Positions 14,296-28,758 of a stretch of DNA of 64,000 nt are shown here, piece after piece (the first letter of the stretch is position 1; every line of letters starts with the position of its first letter). The translations under genes were made by a program, and so were the position numbers. Source of the stretch: the human T2T-CHM13v2.0 reference genome, Homo sapiens. The notes below the pieces were generated by a model, which was not told the DNA's origin, searched no databases, and was given only the letters and a program-made list of their open reading frames with translations. The stretch lies in assembly GCF_009914755.1 (NCBI RefSeq), contig NC_060931.1. One strand, written 5' to 3'.

Positions 14296-15576
14296 ATATT
14301 TTACGTATTTATTTACTTGCTTATTTCTCATGCATTTTTTAAGTAAGGGAAATGTGCATGATTTTAATAAATCCAAACAATACAGTACCAAAGAGTAATA
14401 GTAAAAAATATTTATCTTATGCCATTACTCCAGCAAAATATTCTCCCTTTTAAAGGCAAACACGTTACCATTGTTAAGGCTACAGGAGATCTCCAGAGAT
14501 TGCACTGAATTTCATGTAAATGCAGTTATGGGCATATACTTATAATACATGCAGCTGTGTATTACATTTTTATTAGCAGCTTTTTTTTTCATTTGTGTTC
14601 AAGATGACAAGAAAATGACCAGAATGAATCTGCTTTAGTTTGTTTCCATTGTATTGTTTAAAAGCTCATTAGATCTTTCTGAACTGATATGCTGCATGTA
14701 AGAAGAATTATTTCCTGCCCACTAGGAAGCTATGTCCTTTTAACTTATTCCCTCAGCCTCTGGAGCTTCTCACTATGGTCTCTTTAAAGACTGATGCCGT
14801 ATGGCTAGAAGAAAAAACTCTTTGGGCTTCAATATTTCAAGCCTTTGAAGTATATATATATTTTTTTTTCGTCTAATGAAACAACTGAATCCTTTGAAAG
14901 TACTAACAACTATTTTTTTGTTGGGAACATGTGAAACTTGGTGTTTCTTGATTTCCTCATGCTACTGAGAATGTCCACCATGATGATGTATTTTTCATAT
15001 TATAGCACTACCTTATTCCACAGTGGAACATGATGTTCATGTCAAGACTTGTCCATTAATCAGTACACAATTTACTGTTTTTCATAATAAATGCATTACT
15101 GTTCCTGCTGCTCTGTAAATGTGTTTTCTGTATCCTAGTACCATAAACCCTAAGTTTGGTTTTTGTTGGTGATGGGATGGTGGTGTTCTTGATTTTCATG
15201 TCTTCTATGATATGTTATCACTCAGAAGATTTTTCAAAGAGACAATTTCTACTGTTGACAAGATGAAATAAGTACTTCTCAATACTCTTAATGGGATTAT
15301 AAGTTGATATAATGATTCTACAGAATAGATTACTAAGAATTTTTAAATACCATTTGGCTCAGACACTAGACTTCTCAGAGTTGCTAAATACTCACTAAAT
15401 GTAAAGATTTCTGAGGAGTTCAATTATAGGGAATAGATAGACAAATTATTTTAATTATTACCACTACTATTGTTGTCATTAGGGGACAAAGTACTATGCT
15501 AAGCATTTTTATGCATTATTTCATGAACTCTCACAATGTTGGGAAACAGGTGTTATCATTATCCCATATTCCATAA

Positions 15577-15928
<352 letters not shown>

Positions 15929-15954
15929 TAAAGAAGCTAAGCAACCCATCCAAA

Positions 15955-15998
<44 letters not shown>

Positions 15999-16005
15999 AA
16001 TGATG
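15955..16005. repeat. (ATG)n trinucleotide microsatellite
   Basis: About 14 perfect ATG units followed by ATA ATG ATG. Confidence 0.97.
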
Positions 16006-16175
16006 TCAGCTGATATTTACTGAGTGCCACTATATGTTATAATGGTATTTTTAGTACTTTTCATGTATTACCTTATTTAATCTTTTTACCAAGAATCCAG
16101 TGAGGTAGGTAGTCTTTGTTATACCTGTTTTATCAAAGAGGAAACTGACTCACGGGGAAGTTAACTAACTAGAAT
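16005..16175 (-). mobile_element. MIR fragment
   Basis: atttactgagtgccacta...gaggaaactgact, the reversed MIR core. Confidence 0.7.
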
Positions 16176-16217
16176 AAAAGAGTTTAAATTACTGGGTTCA
16201 AAATATTTAAGTTGGAT

Positions 16218-16514
<297 letters not shown>

Positions 16515-17992
16515 AAGTTGGGACTTGAATGCAGATAGATTGATTTCGGCAGCCGCACTCTAATCGTAGTGCCTTTCCATGATCATGTGACTGGTAAGTA
16601 AGTGGCAGACCTGGACCCAAACCTAGGTCTGGTAGACTTTCTCTTAACCACTGAGCAGTATAGCTAATTAGTCCAGCTAAGTCTATTTGATAGGTTGTCT
16701 TTAGTATGTGATGTGATTATTTACCCTCTTCAGAGCTACTCCCATGAACACTCCTTATACCCCACTAATAGTTTTCTGCTAGTGATTGATTCCCTTACTC
16801 CAAATGCGATCCAGCCAGTTCTCAAATGCAAATACTGTTGAATAATTTTGAAGTAATTTAGGAATCAAGGATATAAGTCTTTTGGTGTTTGCTCAACTGC
16901 TTTGAGACACAGGCATCAACTGAAATGAAGGAGGCCTTGTTAAGAAGTGGGAGGGTCTGTGTAATTTTGAAGTGTTTGTTTCTAATCTAGTAACAGCTTT
17001 TCATGGCATACATTAATAAAAGATTCAAATTCTGTTTTATATTATGAATGCACCATAACAAAACTGGATTGCTTTGCACTATACTGCGGTTGTACCTGGC
17101 ACTTTGTTCTTCTGACCTCCTAAGTCTAAAATCAGCCACAGATGAGCCTGTTAAGGTAGAGAAGGGTTTCTGCCAAGGGATTGTCCAAAGATTGTCCAAA
17201 GAAGTGTACATATTAAAAGGCATCTTGGGGAAACCTAGCTATTCCATTCAAGCAGGAGGTAGTTTAAGGCCTACTCAGTGAGTAATTTAGTAAAGAACAG
17301 TGAGTTTTATGACTTAAATCTCATGAAATGACATTAATGTAAGCATGGTTCATGGAATGAGAAAGTGATGAAAATGATGTTGATTGTTCTTGGACTCAAG
17401 TGTGGTACTTTAATGTATTATAGGTGGCCTTGATCATATGGTTGCTGCCTTCTTCTGACAAAGCTAGCAGGAGAAAGAAAGACACAAGTGGCTCTGTTTG
17501 GGCATTACAGTGTAGCCTGGAAATGCTACATTATTGAGGATGATCTTTTGAAAGTGAGAATCTGAGGCAACTGCCTGTGCACTGCCTGTGCCTGTCTCTA
17601 GAGCAGTATGGGAAAAAAAGAGTAGCAGTGAAGGTTTTCTTCCTTTTTCAGTTTAATTTTGTATATTCTAAAAGAATAAGTCCCCAGGTCTCAGGCAGGA
17701 GTTGCATTGTTGCCAGTCCTAATATTTTATCTTTCAAAAATGCCCACTCACTGTCAATGTCTTTTCCTCAACCTGTTGTGCTGTAAGCCTATTTTATTGA
17801 TAAGAAAGAGCCAGACAAAATTGGCTGAAAATTAAAAATCTAGGTGACATATTTTAGAGGACTAAGTTACCTTTTTTTTTTTAGTGAACATAATCATTAG
17901 AAGACTTTGCACCTTGGTTGGGCTGTCCCTTTGCTCCTCTTTGTTGACAGGCAGTCTTCTAAGGCTGTCCTTTCTCCCTGTAACCTGTCAGC

Positions 17993-18120
17993 AGAATAGA
18001 GGCATAGTGGGGAGACAATGAGAAGAGCTGCCTTCTTGAGAGATCAGAGGAAGAGTAGAACAGAGGCACAGCGGAGAGACAATGAGGAGAGCTGCCTTCT
18101 TGAGAGATCAGAGGAAGAGC
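17993..18120. repeat. Two-copy 64-bp tandem duplication
   Basis: Copies start at 17993 and 18057 and are 58/64 identical. Confidence 0.95.
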
Positions 18121-18665
18121 AACTGCTGACAATTTCAGCTGTGTAAGGAGGCCATGCCGTGTCTACTGTCTAGATTCCTAACTTTTGGGAAACTTTATCC
18201 TTTACTGAAAACAATAAACCATCTTGGCAATGTTTTGTGATGTGTTGATAATCCAGAGTGAAAACAACTCTTAAAGTAATCACAAGACAGGATAGTCTTA
18301 TAGAAGTAAGATGGAAAATAGGAAGAGATACTCACTGTTAGCCCAACCTCTGATGTGTTAGAGTATCTTTGATCTTCATTCTGTCTTTCATATGAGGGAA
18401 AAATTCTCCATCAAAGGTCAACATATGTGTTTAAATTAATTTTCTAATATAATCTTAAGGGAAGATCACTAGAGTCCAGAGACCATCGTCTCTCCCCTCC
18501 CTCACCAGTCACCATTAGCTGCGTGACCTTCGGCAAGTTATGCAATCTGTTTCACACACCATTTATATATGTCTGCGTAAATCAGTGCTTCCCACTTAGG
18601 GTTTATTGTTCATTATATCACATTTCATAGTCATATATGGTGAGGCCCCCTCCTCCTAACTCCTC

Positions 18666-18732
18666 TGACCATTATAAATTCCCTGCCCAAACTATTATGA
18701 CCATTATAAATTCTCTGTCTAAACTATCATGA
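18666..18732. repeat. Two-copy 32-bp tandem duplication
   Basis: tgaccattataaattccctgcccaaactatta followed by tgaccattataaattctctgtctaaactatca. Confidence 0.9.
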
Positions 18733-19604
18733 TGCTGGATAAATTAAAACGTCATGTGTTTCTTGCTGGAGCTCCTCTAGAACATGTTCCCCTCTTTGTT
18801 TCCTTGGTACACTTAGGCAAAAGATCTCTTAGGCTGCCTACTGCTACCCTTTCCTGCGTAACTGTGGAGATAACAGTATCAGTGTTCAAAAACCACTGAT
18901 TAAAGGGTGGGGAAGAATTAGATGTATATCTACTTCAGCATTAGTCTCTTAGCTGATTCATGTATAACCCACAATACGTAACTGTTATAATTTCTAGATA
19001 CTGGAAAATAATGGGCCAAATATATGACTGATGTAGAAATACATTAAAGTATAACATGTAGTTAACCAGGTAACTCACAACAATCTAAGCTGGTGCTGAG
19101 GAAGCTAAATTAACATCAGTTTACAATTTGAACCAAAACTAACAGCAACTGAGAGTTGCAACCAACTGATTGTAATACTGACAATTACCCCATATCTCAG
19201 TGTCATCCAGAGAACTGCAGACATCCACTCTCGTCGTGTGCCAGTGTTGTTAGGAGTGCCCCAAAGTTTCAGGACTTGCTTGGCAGCCATACTTCCTCGG
19301 AAGATGCCTCATTTTCAACTCTATGTAATTTACTAATTTTAGATTATGCATACCACGTTTTAGTATTGGGATTCCAAATACTGATTCTTGACCCACAAGC
19401 TTTTAGGAATAAGTAGCCCATTTGTAGGTGAAAGTCTGTACTATTGTATGTCAGTTGCCAAAAGAGCATTGCATGGGGAATGGGAGCTGATTCTTTTTTT
19501 GTTGCTGTTGTTGTTTTTCAATAGCTTTAGGGGTACAAGTGGTTTTTGGTTACATGGATAAATTGTATAGTGGTGAAGTCTGGGCTTTAGTGGTGAAATC
19601 TGGG

Positions 19605-19848
19605 CCCCTCCCCTCCCCTCCCCTCCCCTCCCCTCCCCTCTCCTCTCCTCTCCCCTCCCCTCCCCTCTCCTCTCCCCTCCCCTCCCCTCTCCTCTCCCCT
19701 CCCCTCCCCTCCCCTCCCCTCCCCTCCCCTCCCCTCCCCTCCCCTCTCCTCTCCTCTCCTCTCCCCTCCCCTGCCCTCCCCTCCCCTCCCCTCCGCTCCC
19801 CTCCGCTCCACTCCCCTCTGCTCCCTTCTCCCCTTTCCCCTCTCCCCT
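19605..19848. repeat. (CCCCT)n polypyrimidine pentamer tract
   Basis: About 240 bp of CCCCT/CTCCT units inside the L1 3' UTR. Confidence 0.95.
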
Positions 19849-21426
19849 GTCACCCGAATAGTGTGCAGTGTATCCAATAGGTGATTTTTTTTATCCCTCA
19901 CCCCTCTCTCATCCTTCCTGCTTCTGAGTCTCCAGTGTCCATTATACCATTCTTATGCTTTTGCATACCTATAGCTTAGCTCCCACTTATAAATGAGAAC
20001 ATGTGGTATTTGGTTTTCTGTTCCTGAGTTACTGCTCTTAGGATAATGGCCTCCAGTTCCATCCAAGTTGCTGCACTGCAAGACATTATTTTATTCTTTG
20101 TATGGCTCAGTATTCCACGACAGACACACACACACAAACACACATACACACACACACACCCCCCACATTTTCTTTTTCTGCTCATCTGTTGAGCACTTAG
20201 GTTGATTCTGTATTTTTCCATATATTGCATATTGCATAGTCCTACAATTAATGTGGGAGTGCAGGTATCTTTTTTATATGATTTATTTTCCTTTGGGTAG
20301 CTACCTACTAGTAGAATTACTGGATCGAATGGTAGATGTACTTTTAGTTCCTTAAGAAATCTCTATACTGTATTCCATAGAGATTTTACAAATTTGCATT
20401 CCCACTAACAGTGTATAAGTGTTCCCTTTTCACCCCATTCACGCCAACACCTATTTTTTGACTTTTTTAAAATGGCCATTTTCACTGGGATAAAGTAGTA
20501 TATATCATTGGGTTTTAATTTGCATTTCCCTGATGATTACTTATGTTGAGCATTTTTTCATATGTTTGTTGGTCATTTGCATATCTTCTTTTGAGAAATG
20601 TCTATTCATGTTGTTTGTCCACTTTTAATGGGATTATTTGTTTTTGTTTTTGTTTTTGTTTTTTGCTGGCTGTCTTGTTGGAGTTTCTTACAGATTCTGG
20701 ATATTAGTCCTTTGTTGGATGTATAGTTTATGACTATTTTCTCCCATTCCGTAGGTTGTCTCTTTAATTCTATTGATTATTAATATTATTATTGTTGCTA
20801 TGCAGAAGATTTTTAGTTTAATTAAGTCTCATTTATTTATTTTTATTTTTGTCACATTTGCTTTTAGGGTCTTAGTCATAAATTCTTTGCCTAGGCCAAT
20901 GTCCAGAAGAGTTTTTCCTAAGCTTTCTTAGAGAATTTTTATGGTTTCTGGTCTTACATTTACATTCAAGTCTTTAATTCATCTTGAATTGACTTTTGTA
21001 TATGGTGATAGATAGGGGTCCAGTTTTGTTCCTCTGAATATGGCTCTAAATTTTCCACTTTTATACTTTTGGTTACTATGACCTTGTTGTATAATTTGAA
21101 GTCAGATAATGTGGTGCCTCCAGCTTTGGTCCTTTTTCTCTTAGGATTGGTTTGACTATTTCCGTCTTTTTTGGTTTCATATGAATTGTAGGATTATTTT
21201 TTCTAATTCTATGAAAAATGATATTGATCATTTGATAGGAATTGCATTGACTCTATGGATTGCTTTGGGCAGTGTGGTCATTTTCACAATATTGATGCTT
21301 TCAGTCCATGAGCATGGAATGGTTTTCATTTGTTTGTATCATTTCTGTTTTTTTTTTTAATCGGTGTTTTATAGTTCTCCCTGTAGAAAATTTTCATCTC
21401 CTTGGTTAAGTGTGTTCCTGAATGGG

Positions 21427-21530
21427 CTTCCTTCTCTCTCCTCTCCTCTCCTCTCCTCTCCTCTCCTCTCCTCTCCTCCGCTCCCCACTCTCCTCTCCCC
21501 TCTCCCCTCTCCCCTCTCCCCTTCCCCTTC
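21427..21530. repeat. (CTCTC)n/(CCCCTCT)n tract inside L1PB
   Basis: Directly visible. Confidence 0.95.
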
Positions 21531-23179
21531 TGTTTCCTGCAGCTATTATAAATGGGAGTGAGTTCTTGATTTGATTTTCAGCTTGGTCATTATTGGTGTG
21601 TAGCAGTGCTACTGATTTGTGTACATTGATTTTTGTAACCTGAGACTTTGATTTTGTAACTGAATTCATTTATCAAATCTAGGAATCTTTTCAAAAAGTC
21701 TTTAGAGTTTTCAAGGTATAAGACCATAATCATTGACAAAAAAACATAGTTTGACTTCCTCTTTTCTAATTTGAATGCCCTTTATTTCTTTCTCTTGCCT
21801 GATTGCTCTGGCTAGGATTTCCAGGGCAGTCTGTTCTTAACCAGAAGTAGGCTTGTAGGGCCTTGTGGCCCCAGAGAGTATGATGAGGATCACCCTTTAT
21901 CAGGACCTATATTTTTCCATACTTGTATCCTAGCTTTTCCTAGGCAAAAATAAGCTCTCAATAACTTTTGAAAATAAATGGATACATATGTAATAGTATA
22001 CACATATTAAAATTTTAATTGTATATATCTAAATGCTATATATACAGTTGCAAAAACTATAACAAAATATTGCAAATGTAGTACATTTTTATAGAACTAT
22101 TTTGACCCAAATTTTTAAATAGATTTCCTAACGTTAAACTTACCAGAGGTTTAGTTGTAACTCACACATTCCTGCATACCTCATTCAAAGCCCTAAAAAT
22201 AGCAGCGTCTTTTTTTAGAACAGGTAAATGTATGCATTTTCTTTCAGTATACAGGCTCTGACCTACATATTCCCAATATAGGACCAGTCCTTAGAGAGCA
22301 ATAGTTACTGTGGGCATAGCACCCAGAGGCTCCATCCTGCTCTCCCTCCCAACCACTGCAGACACAAAAACACAGAGGAGGTGGCACCTCCTTTCAGTAT
22401 TCTCCACCTCTTCCAAGAGCCCCATATTCTGCCTCTCAAATGCCCCATCCTAAGTGCAAGTAGGTGCCCCTGTGAAAGAGGAGGTAAGACTGTGAAGAAG
22501 AGAAAGAAAATGCAAGCCTGTCACCTGGTAGAGGCACCCTGCGGCTGCCTCCTGACCCCACCTTGCTGTTGATCCCCACTGACCAGTGCTAAAAATGCAG
22601 AGGAAACTATTCACTTTTTGACCATCCCTCACTCCTTCCACTAGAGTTCTTGTCACTTCTTCTAAGTCACCGTTCCCTTTCAGTTCTTGGCCTCAGAGTC
22701 TCCCTCCCAGTATCTCCCTGGGCCTAGAAGCCTCAGGCCAGCCTGTTCCCTCCCTTGGCTGGAGTTGCTGCCTCTGGCTAAGGCTAGGTGAGACTTCAGG
22801 AAAAGAAAACAGGAGCCTTGTCCTGCTGCCTGGTCTGCTTCTATAGGAGTGCTGTGATTTCCCTGGTGGGTGCATTTTCATCAGGAAGGCTGTTGTACCA
22901 GAATGGTTTGGCTCTGTCGTCCTTTTTGGTTTATTATGAATTAAGCAGCCTTCTGTGCATCAGCCAGTGGACTAACCACCATGTAGAGAATTGTTTCTTC
23001 GGGGAAATATATTGTGAGTCTCAAACAGCTCTGAATCTGTTGGAACACAACTCCATTTTAGGTGCCAATATTTTGTTTTTGCACTGTGGAATTTTATAGT
23101 GGTAAAGGGACAATAAGATGATTGCTGCTAGGCTTTACTTGCTATTTTTGCATGATGTGATTTTCCTTTCTGTATCATG

Positions 23180-23560
23180 AGCAGAAACCCATAAACAATG
23201 CAAATGCTCATCAGTAGGCAAGCAGATGAATAATATTCCCTTTCGATAATAGTCATACAGGAGTTTGGACGAATCTTAGCAATGTAATGTTAAGTGAAAA
23301 AAAAATCCCAAAATATTAGATACAGCATTATATCTTGTATGTAAAATTTAAAATAATTAATATTATTTTATAATTGTTATAAGGACAACAAAGTTACCTA
23401 AAAAAGAAATGTAGAGAATAATGAACATGATTCAGGATGGAGCTTACTTCACTTGGGGGAGGTCAGGAGATTGCATGGGGCCTTAGCCAAACGATTAGAT
23501 GTGGATTGTTGTTAAATGACGTAGTGAGTTCATGGGTCCTTATTAAGTTAATTAAAATAA
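23180..23560 (+). mobile_element. Highly diverged L1ME/MC 3' fragment
   Basis: aaatgctcatcagtagg...ggacgaatcttagcaatgtaatgttaagtgaaaaaa, an L1M 3' signature. Confidence 0.55.
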
Positions 23561-24237
23561 AATTCCCTGCATCAGGTTCAAAGCAAGAAAAAAATAACAA
23601 ACATGTTCTTTTCTCCTTAGTTAAGGATAAACACTGTTACATTTTCCAGGATGAAATAAGAATAAATCACAAACTTGGTTTTCATAGGAAATATCCATAT
23701 GGGAATGTCGCTCCTTGACTTTGAAACCAAACAAAGTATGTCCAGTAGGTCAGCAGAAGCACAGCAGCACCTGCTGGGAGAAAAGGAGTCATTTAGCTAG
23801 TGAGGTCACCCAGTTGAGCACTCACCTTCCGTCTGTCAGTCTTTGCCGGCCTTGCATACATAAGCCTCTCTTTGTGAGTCAATCGAGATGAATTAACAGT
23901 CCTATTAGTAGTCTTTTACCAGACAGCAGGGGGAAGGGCACCTCATAAAGGGTCATACATCCAGGTTGCATCCTGGTTCTGTTCTTCTCTTCCAGGGCAC
24001 CTAGGCAGGGTCCCCTCTTAGCTTTCATTATTATGTCCTATTTCGTTGGGTTGATGCACACTCATAAAATAATAGGTGTAAAATTGCAAATAGTAAACCA
24101 GCTTATGAGAAGTTGTTATTCCTGTAACTAGACATATTTCCCCAGATTTTTCTGTTTACTTCATATACCTTATATGTATAAACTATCCTTGTTGAGTATC
24201 ATTTACAAATAATATCTTGTAAATGGTAATTTTACTC

Positions 24238-24708
24238 TGTAGTAGGTTAAATAATGGATACCCAAAGATAGTAAGTCCTTACACCTGGAACCTATAATCC
24301 AACCTTATTTGGAAAAATGGGTCTTTGCAGGTGGGATTAAGTTGAGGGTCGTGAAATGGGGTAATTATCGTTGAGTATCCAGGTAAGCCATAAGTTCAGT
24401 CATTGATGTTCTTATAAAAGAGAGGCAGAAGGAGATTTGACACAGAAGAGAAAGCAGTGTGAAGAGGGAGGCAGAAATTGGAGTGATGCATCCACAAGCC
24501 AAGTAATGCCAGCACCCACCAGAAGCTGGAGGAGGCAAGAAACTGCTTCTCCCCTAAACCCCCCAGAGGGGACAAGGCCCTACTAACATCTTAGTTTCAG
24601 CCCATTGAAAACAAGTTTGGCTTCAGGCTCCAGAACTGTGAGAGAGCACATTTCTCGTTTTAAGCCACCAAGTTTGTGTTGTTACAGCAGTCACGGGAAA
24701 TCAATACA
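24238..24708 (+). mobile_element. MLT1C/D solo LTR
   Basis: TGTAGTAGGTTAAATAATGG...ccagaagctggaggaggcaag...ttttaagccaccaagtttgtg...AATACA. Confidence 0.85.
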
Positions 24709-25356
24709 TTCATATTAACATATTTTTGAAGATAATATAATTTTCTAAAACACAATTGAGGATGTCAAGCTTTTGAAGTGTTCTGAATCAATTCAATAAC
24801 TTTGTCGTATTTAATTTTGATGTAACTGAAATGAATATTTAAATTAAAATTTTAAAGCACTACATTTTTCAGGGTAAAGGTTGACAATCAGCACACATTA
24901 CAGAACAACAAGATGGTGAGCAATTTGGGCATGCCTATGTATCATTTTGACATACGCGTGAGGATTTTCATTGGCCTCAAGTTTGCAGCTGAAGTAAAAG
25001 CATCGTGGATGAATTGAGCATTTTTATTATTATGTCCTGCCAGCTTCCAGAAATGATTCAAAACCTCTTGGAGCTACCTAATCTATAAGGCTGTTAAAGG
25101 TAGAAGAGCAGGTGCCTAGAGGTGAGCTGTGACTTGCAGAGTGCCAAGCCAGTTTTCCATGCAGTCTTTATCATCAGTGGTAGCTCCTGACACCACAGAA
25201 CTTGAAATTGCCCTCAACCCTTCCTTTACAAATGCTATTTTAAAGAATAATCTTACATAGGCACTCCAGATGAAGGTGGACCTGTGACCATAACTTCCTC
25301 TCCTCTATTCGTGCTTTTTAGGTCGAAAAGTCCAATTAGAATGCATCTTTTAAAGC

Positions 25357-25502
25357 AGTACTTCTCAAACTTCAGTATGCTTGTAAACCACCTGGGGTTC
25401 TTCATGAGCTGTAGATTCTGATTCAGCAGGGAGTGGGACCTGAGCTTCTGCAGGTGGTGGTGATGCTGCTAGTTCATGGACCACACTTTGAGCAGCAGGG
25501 CT
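25357..25502. mobile_element. MER5-type hAT-Charlie element
   Basis: cagtacttctcaaactt...gattctgattcag...ggaccacactttgag. Confidence 0.75.
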
Positions 25503-26115
25503 GTAGCATCTAGTGCTCCTGCTTACAGGTTTCTCCCTGTTTTTCCCTATTTTGAGGCACAGTTTCAGGCAGTCAGGCTGGTTCTGCTGCATTTGCTTGG
25601 CAACATCACCTCCCTCCAGCCTCTGCAGCTTCCACCCTTGGGCTGCTGCACGTGCACGTACATTTCCACTGCTGTGGCTCCCACAGTGCACAGTTGGGGA
25701 CTGAGTCTGAAGCTGTGTCACAATAACATCACTCAGTCTGAAAAGAGAGAAAAGTTGTTGAGATGAGAGTGAAATCCATAAGGGAATCAGGGTTTAGAGA
25801 GACAGGGAATATAAAAACAGTAGGAGAACAGGGAGAGGGAAAAGCATGAAAATTTAGTTGGGGAAAAACATTTGAAATGTGCTACTTTCACTGCAGAATT
25901 TTCCAGGCACTAAGAGCATTTTCTGGAGTAATTTTAGATTTATTTATTTGTTATCCTCGACTTTCTTTAGCAGCCACCTGCTTGTTGTGTTCATTCATCC
26001 ACCAATCTTTTGTGACCTTCTGTATACAGGCTGAAAACTTTTTTTAAAAAAATCTCTGAACTGTATAACTAAGTGCTGCAGCCTCTGAGAGACTGTCTAG
26101 TTAAATTGGGCCAGA

Positions 26116-26312
26116 CAGTGGTCCCAACCGGGCTGATGTTAGAATCACTGAGGAGGTTTAGAAAATTCTGCATATCTTGCTGCACCTTGGACCAGTTAAA
26201 TAGGAATTTAGGGGATAGGTCACAGTCATTCGCACTTTTTTCTTTTTCTTTTTTTTTAATCAGTATTTTAAAATATTCCTTAGATGATTCCTGTGTCCAG
26301 CCAAGCACCACT
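26116..26312. mobile_element. MER5-type hAT-Charlie element
   Basis: cagtggtcccaacc...ttagaatcact...agatgattcctgtgtccagccaag. Confidence 0.6.
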
Positions 26313-26805
26313 AAATGAGACAGTAACCTTCTAGCAGGTGAATTGAACTCATTTTTTAAAAACCCCTAAGAGCTGTTTTTCTGTGTGTGTGTTGCTTCCT
26401 ATATAAACCTTTGCAATGTTGAAAACTCTACATAATATTTTGGAAACACCCTCTCCTTCAATCCATCACCTGCAGCCAAGCAGCTGATTAAATATTGAAG
26501 CTGCTTTCTGAAGCCCTGGCAGCTTTTCATTTTCTCAGTCCAGTGGCTCCCCCTGCTGTCTTTACCAGGTAGAGTTCACTTCTCTACAGAACCTCACTAC
26601 AGATTCTGCTGCTCCGCAAAACACAACCCAGAATCATAGTATTTTAAGGAAGATTTTCTAATCCCACATCAAGCCTGTATGTTACTGCCAAAAATGAACA
26701 TTCAGAATACTCTAATCTCTTACCTAGTGGTAGTTTAGGTAAGGCCTAGGGAATGATGGAAGAAAGGAACTATATATATGTAAATAGATAAACTCACACC
26801 TGTGT

Positions 26806-26815
26806 ACACACACAC

Positions 26816-26862
<47 letters not shown>
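26806..26862. repeat. (CA)n microsatellite
   Basis: About 28 CA/TA units. Confidence 0.97.
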
Positions 26863-26866
<4 letters not shown>

Positions 26867-27717
26867 TAGCTTATCTGGCTACCAGAAAAATATTCTGTTA
26901 GCCATGTGATTGTGCTGGTTCCCTGCAAAATAATTAGCATTGACACTGTAGAAAGTGGGGAAGGAAAGCTTTCATGACTAACTTCTCTGCCCTCCTTCAT
27001 CTAATTATACCCTTCCTTATCAACCCACTTCTCCCTGTCTACCCTCTAAGCTGTAATTGCAGCCACATAAAAACAAAAGTAAATATATGGGCATCTGTGT
27101 GACCTCATCTTGTCACCCAGACTCTGTTGTATATTACCTCAGGATTAAACTAGTGCACTGTGTCTATGGAGGCAGAATTTGATCCTTATTTTGTCTGAAT
27201 GCAAAATGCAACCTTAATTCTGCCTAAACCTCATAAAGGTGCTGATTCCATTTTACACAGCTTTTATCGTTAGAATGCCCTTCTTTGCTGTATATCAATA
27301 TCTTTACCCCATTGGTCCTTGTTGTCATGTGGCTCCGCATAAGTCAGTCTCCCATTCACAATGTAGCACTTAATCTATTCAAAGCGATATCCCAAAACAT
27401 TTTTTTCTCAACAGCATTTCCAGTCAGCCCAATGGGACATGGGGCACACCCCTCCCCCCACCCCCAACCTTTCTGAATACACTCCACAGAGGACCGTTTA
27501 TTTTTGTCCCTTGTCACATGTAGCATCTGGTACTGGCACAGCAATCCAGATGTGTTCTGACTAGTATATCATATGATTAAATGATTACATCTGTATGAAT
27601 TGTTTATTGCTGCATAACATTAACAAAAATGTAGTGACTAAGGCACATTTATCATCTCTCAGTTTCTGTGGGTTGGGATTCCTGGCATGACTTAGCTAGG
27701 CCCTCTGCTTCATGGTC

Positions 27718-28026
<309 letters not shown>

Positions 28027-28292
28027 TGCTTCATGGTCTTAAAAGGCTGTAATCAAGGTATCAGCTGGGGCAGCAGTCTGACATGAGGGTCGGCTGGAGC
28101 TCATGTGGTTCTTGGCAACACTCAGTTTCTTGCAGGCTGTGGAACTAAGGACTCAGGTTCTTGCTGGCTGTTGGCTGAAGCCACCCCCAGTTCCTTGCCT
28201 TCAGGCCTTCCCAACGTGGCTGCTTGCTTCCTCAAAGCCAGCAAGGGAGCAAGTCCACTAGCACAATGGCTGTTATCATTGTACACAATATA

Positions 28293-28758
28293 CAGTTGAC
28301 CTGTGAACAACACAACTTTGGAATTCACAAGTCCACTTAGATGTGGATTTTTTTTCAATTAAAGTTATACCAAATGTGCCTGTCTCTCCTGCCTCCCCTT
28401 CTGTCACCTCCATGTCTTCCACATCTGCCCCCCTTGAGATAGCAGGACCAAGCCCTCTTCCTCCTCCTCAGCCTACTCAACATGAAGATAAAGATGAAGA
28501 CCTTTATGTTTCACTTCCACTTAATAATTAGTAACTACATTTTTCTTCCTCTTGATTTTCCTAATATTCTTTTTTTCTAGCTTACTTTATTGTAAGGATA
28601 TAGTATATAATAAATATAACATATATATAGTTGGTAAGACTTCTGTTCAACAGTAGGCTATTAGTAGTTAAGTTTTGGGAGAGCCAAGAGTTTTATGGGA
28701 ATTTTTGACTGTGCATGGGGTTGGTGCCCCAACCCCTGCATTGTTCAAGGGCCAGTTG
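28293..28758. mobile_element. Tigger2a/MER28-like non-autonomous Tc1/mariner element
   Basis: Terminal inverted repeats CAGTTGACCTGTGAACAA / TTGTTCAAGGGCCAGTTG flanked by TA. Confidence 0.9.

Larger units (their letters stand above)
19494..21824 (-). mobile_element. 5'-truncated L1PB/L1MA-type LINE-1
   Basis: 3' end gggtacaagtggtttttggttacatggat...; ORF2 remnants (ATWMELEAIIL...KYHMFSFISGS; KINVHKSVALLHTNN). Confidence 0.9.

Noticed and set aside
19539-19901. Pro/Ser-rich and RGG-like ORFs; possible SVA hexamer head
   Set aside because: These are translations of the CCCCT tract. The unit is a pentamer, not CCCTCT, and no SVA Alu-like, VNTR or SINE-R domains follow.
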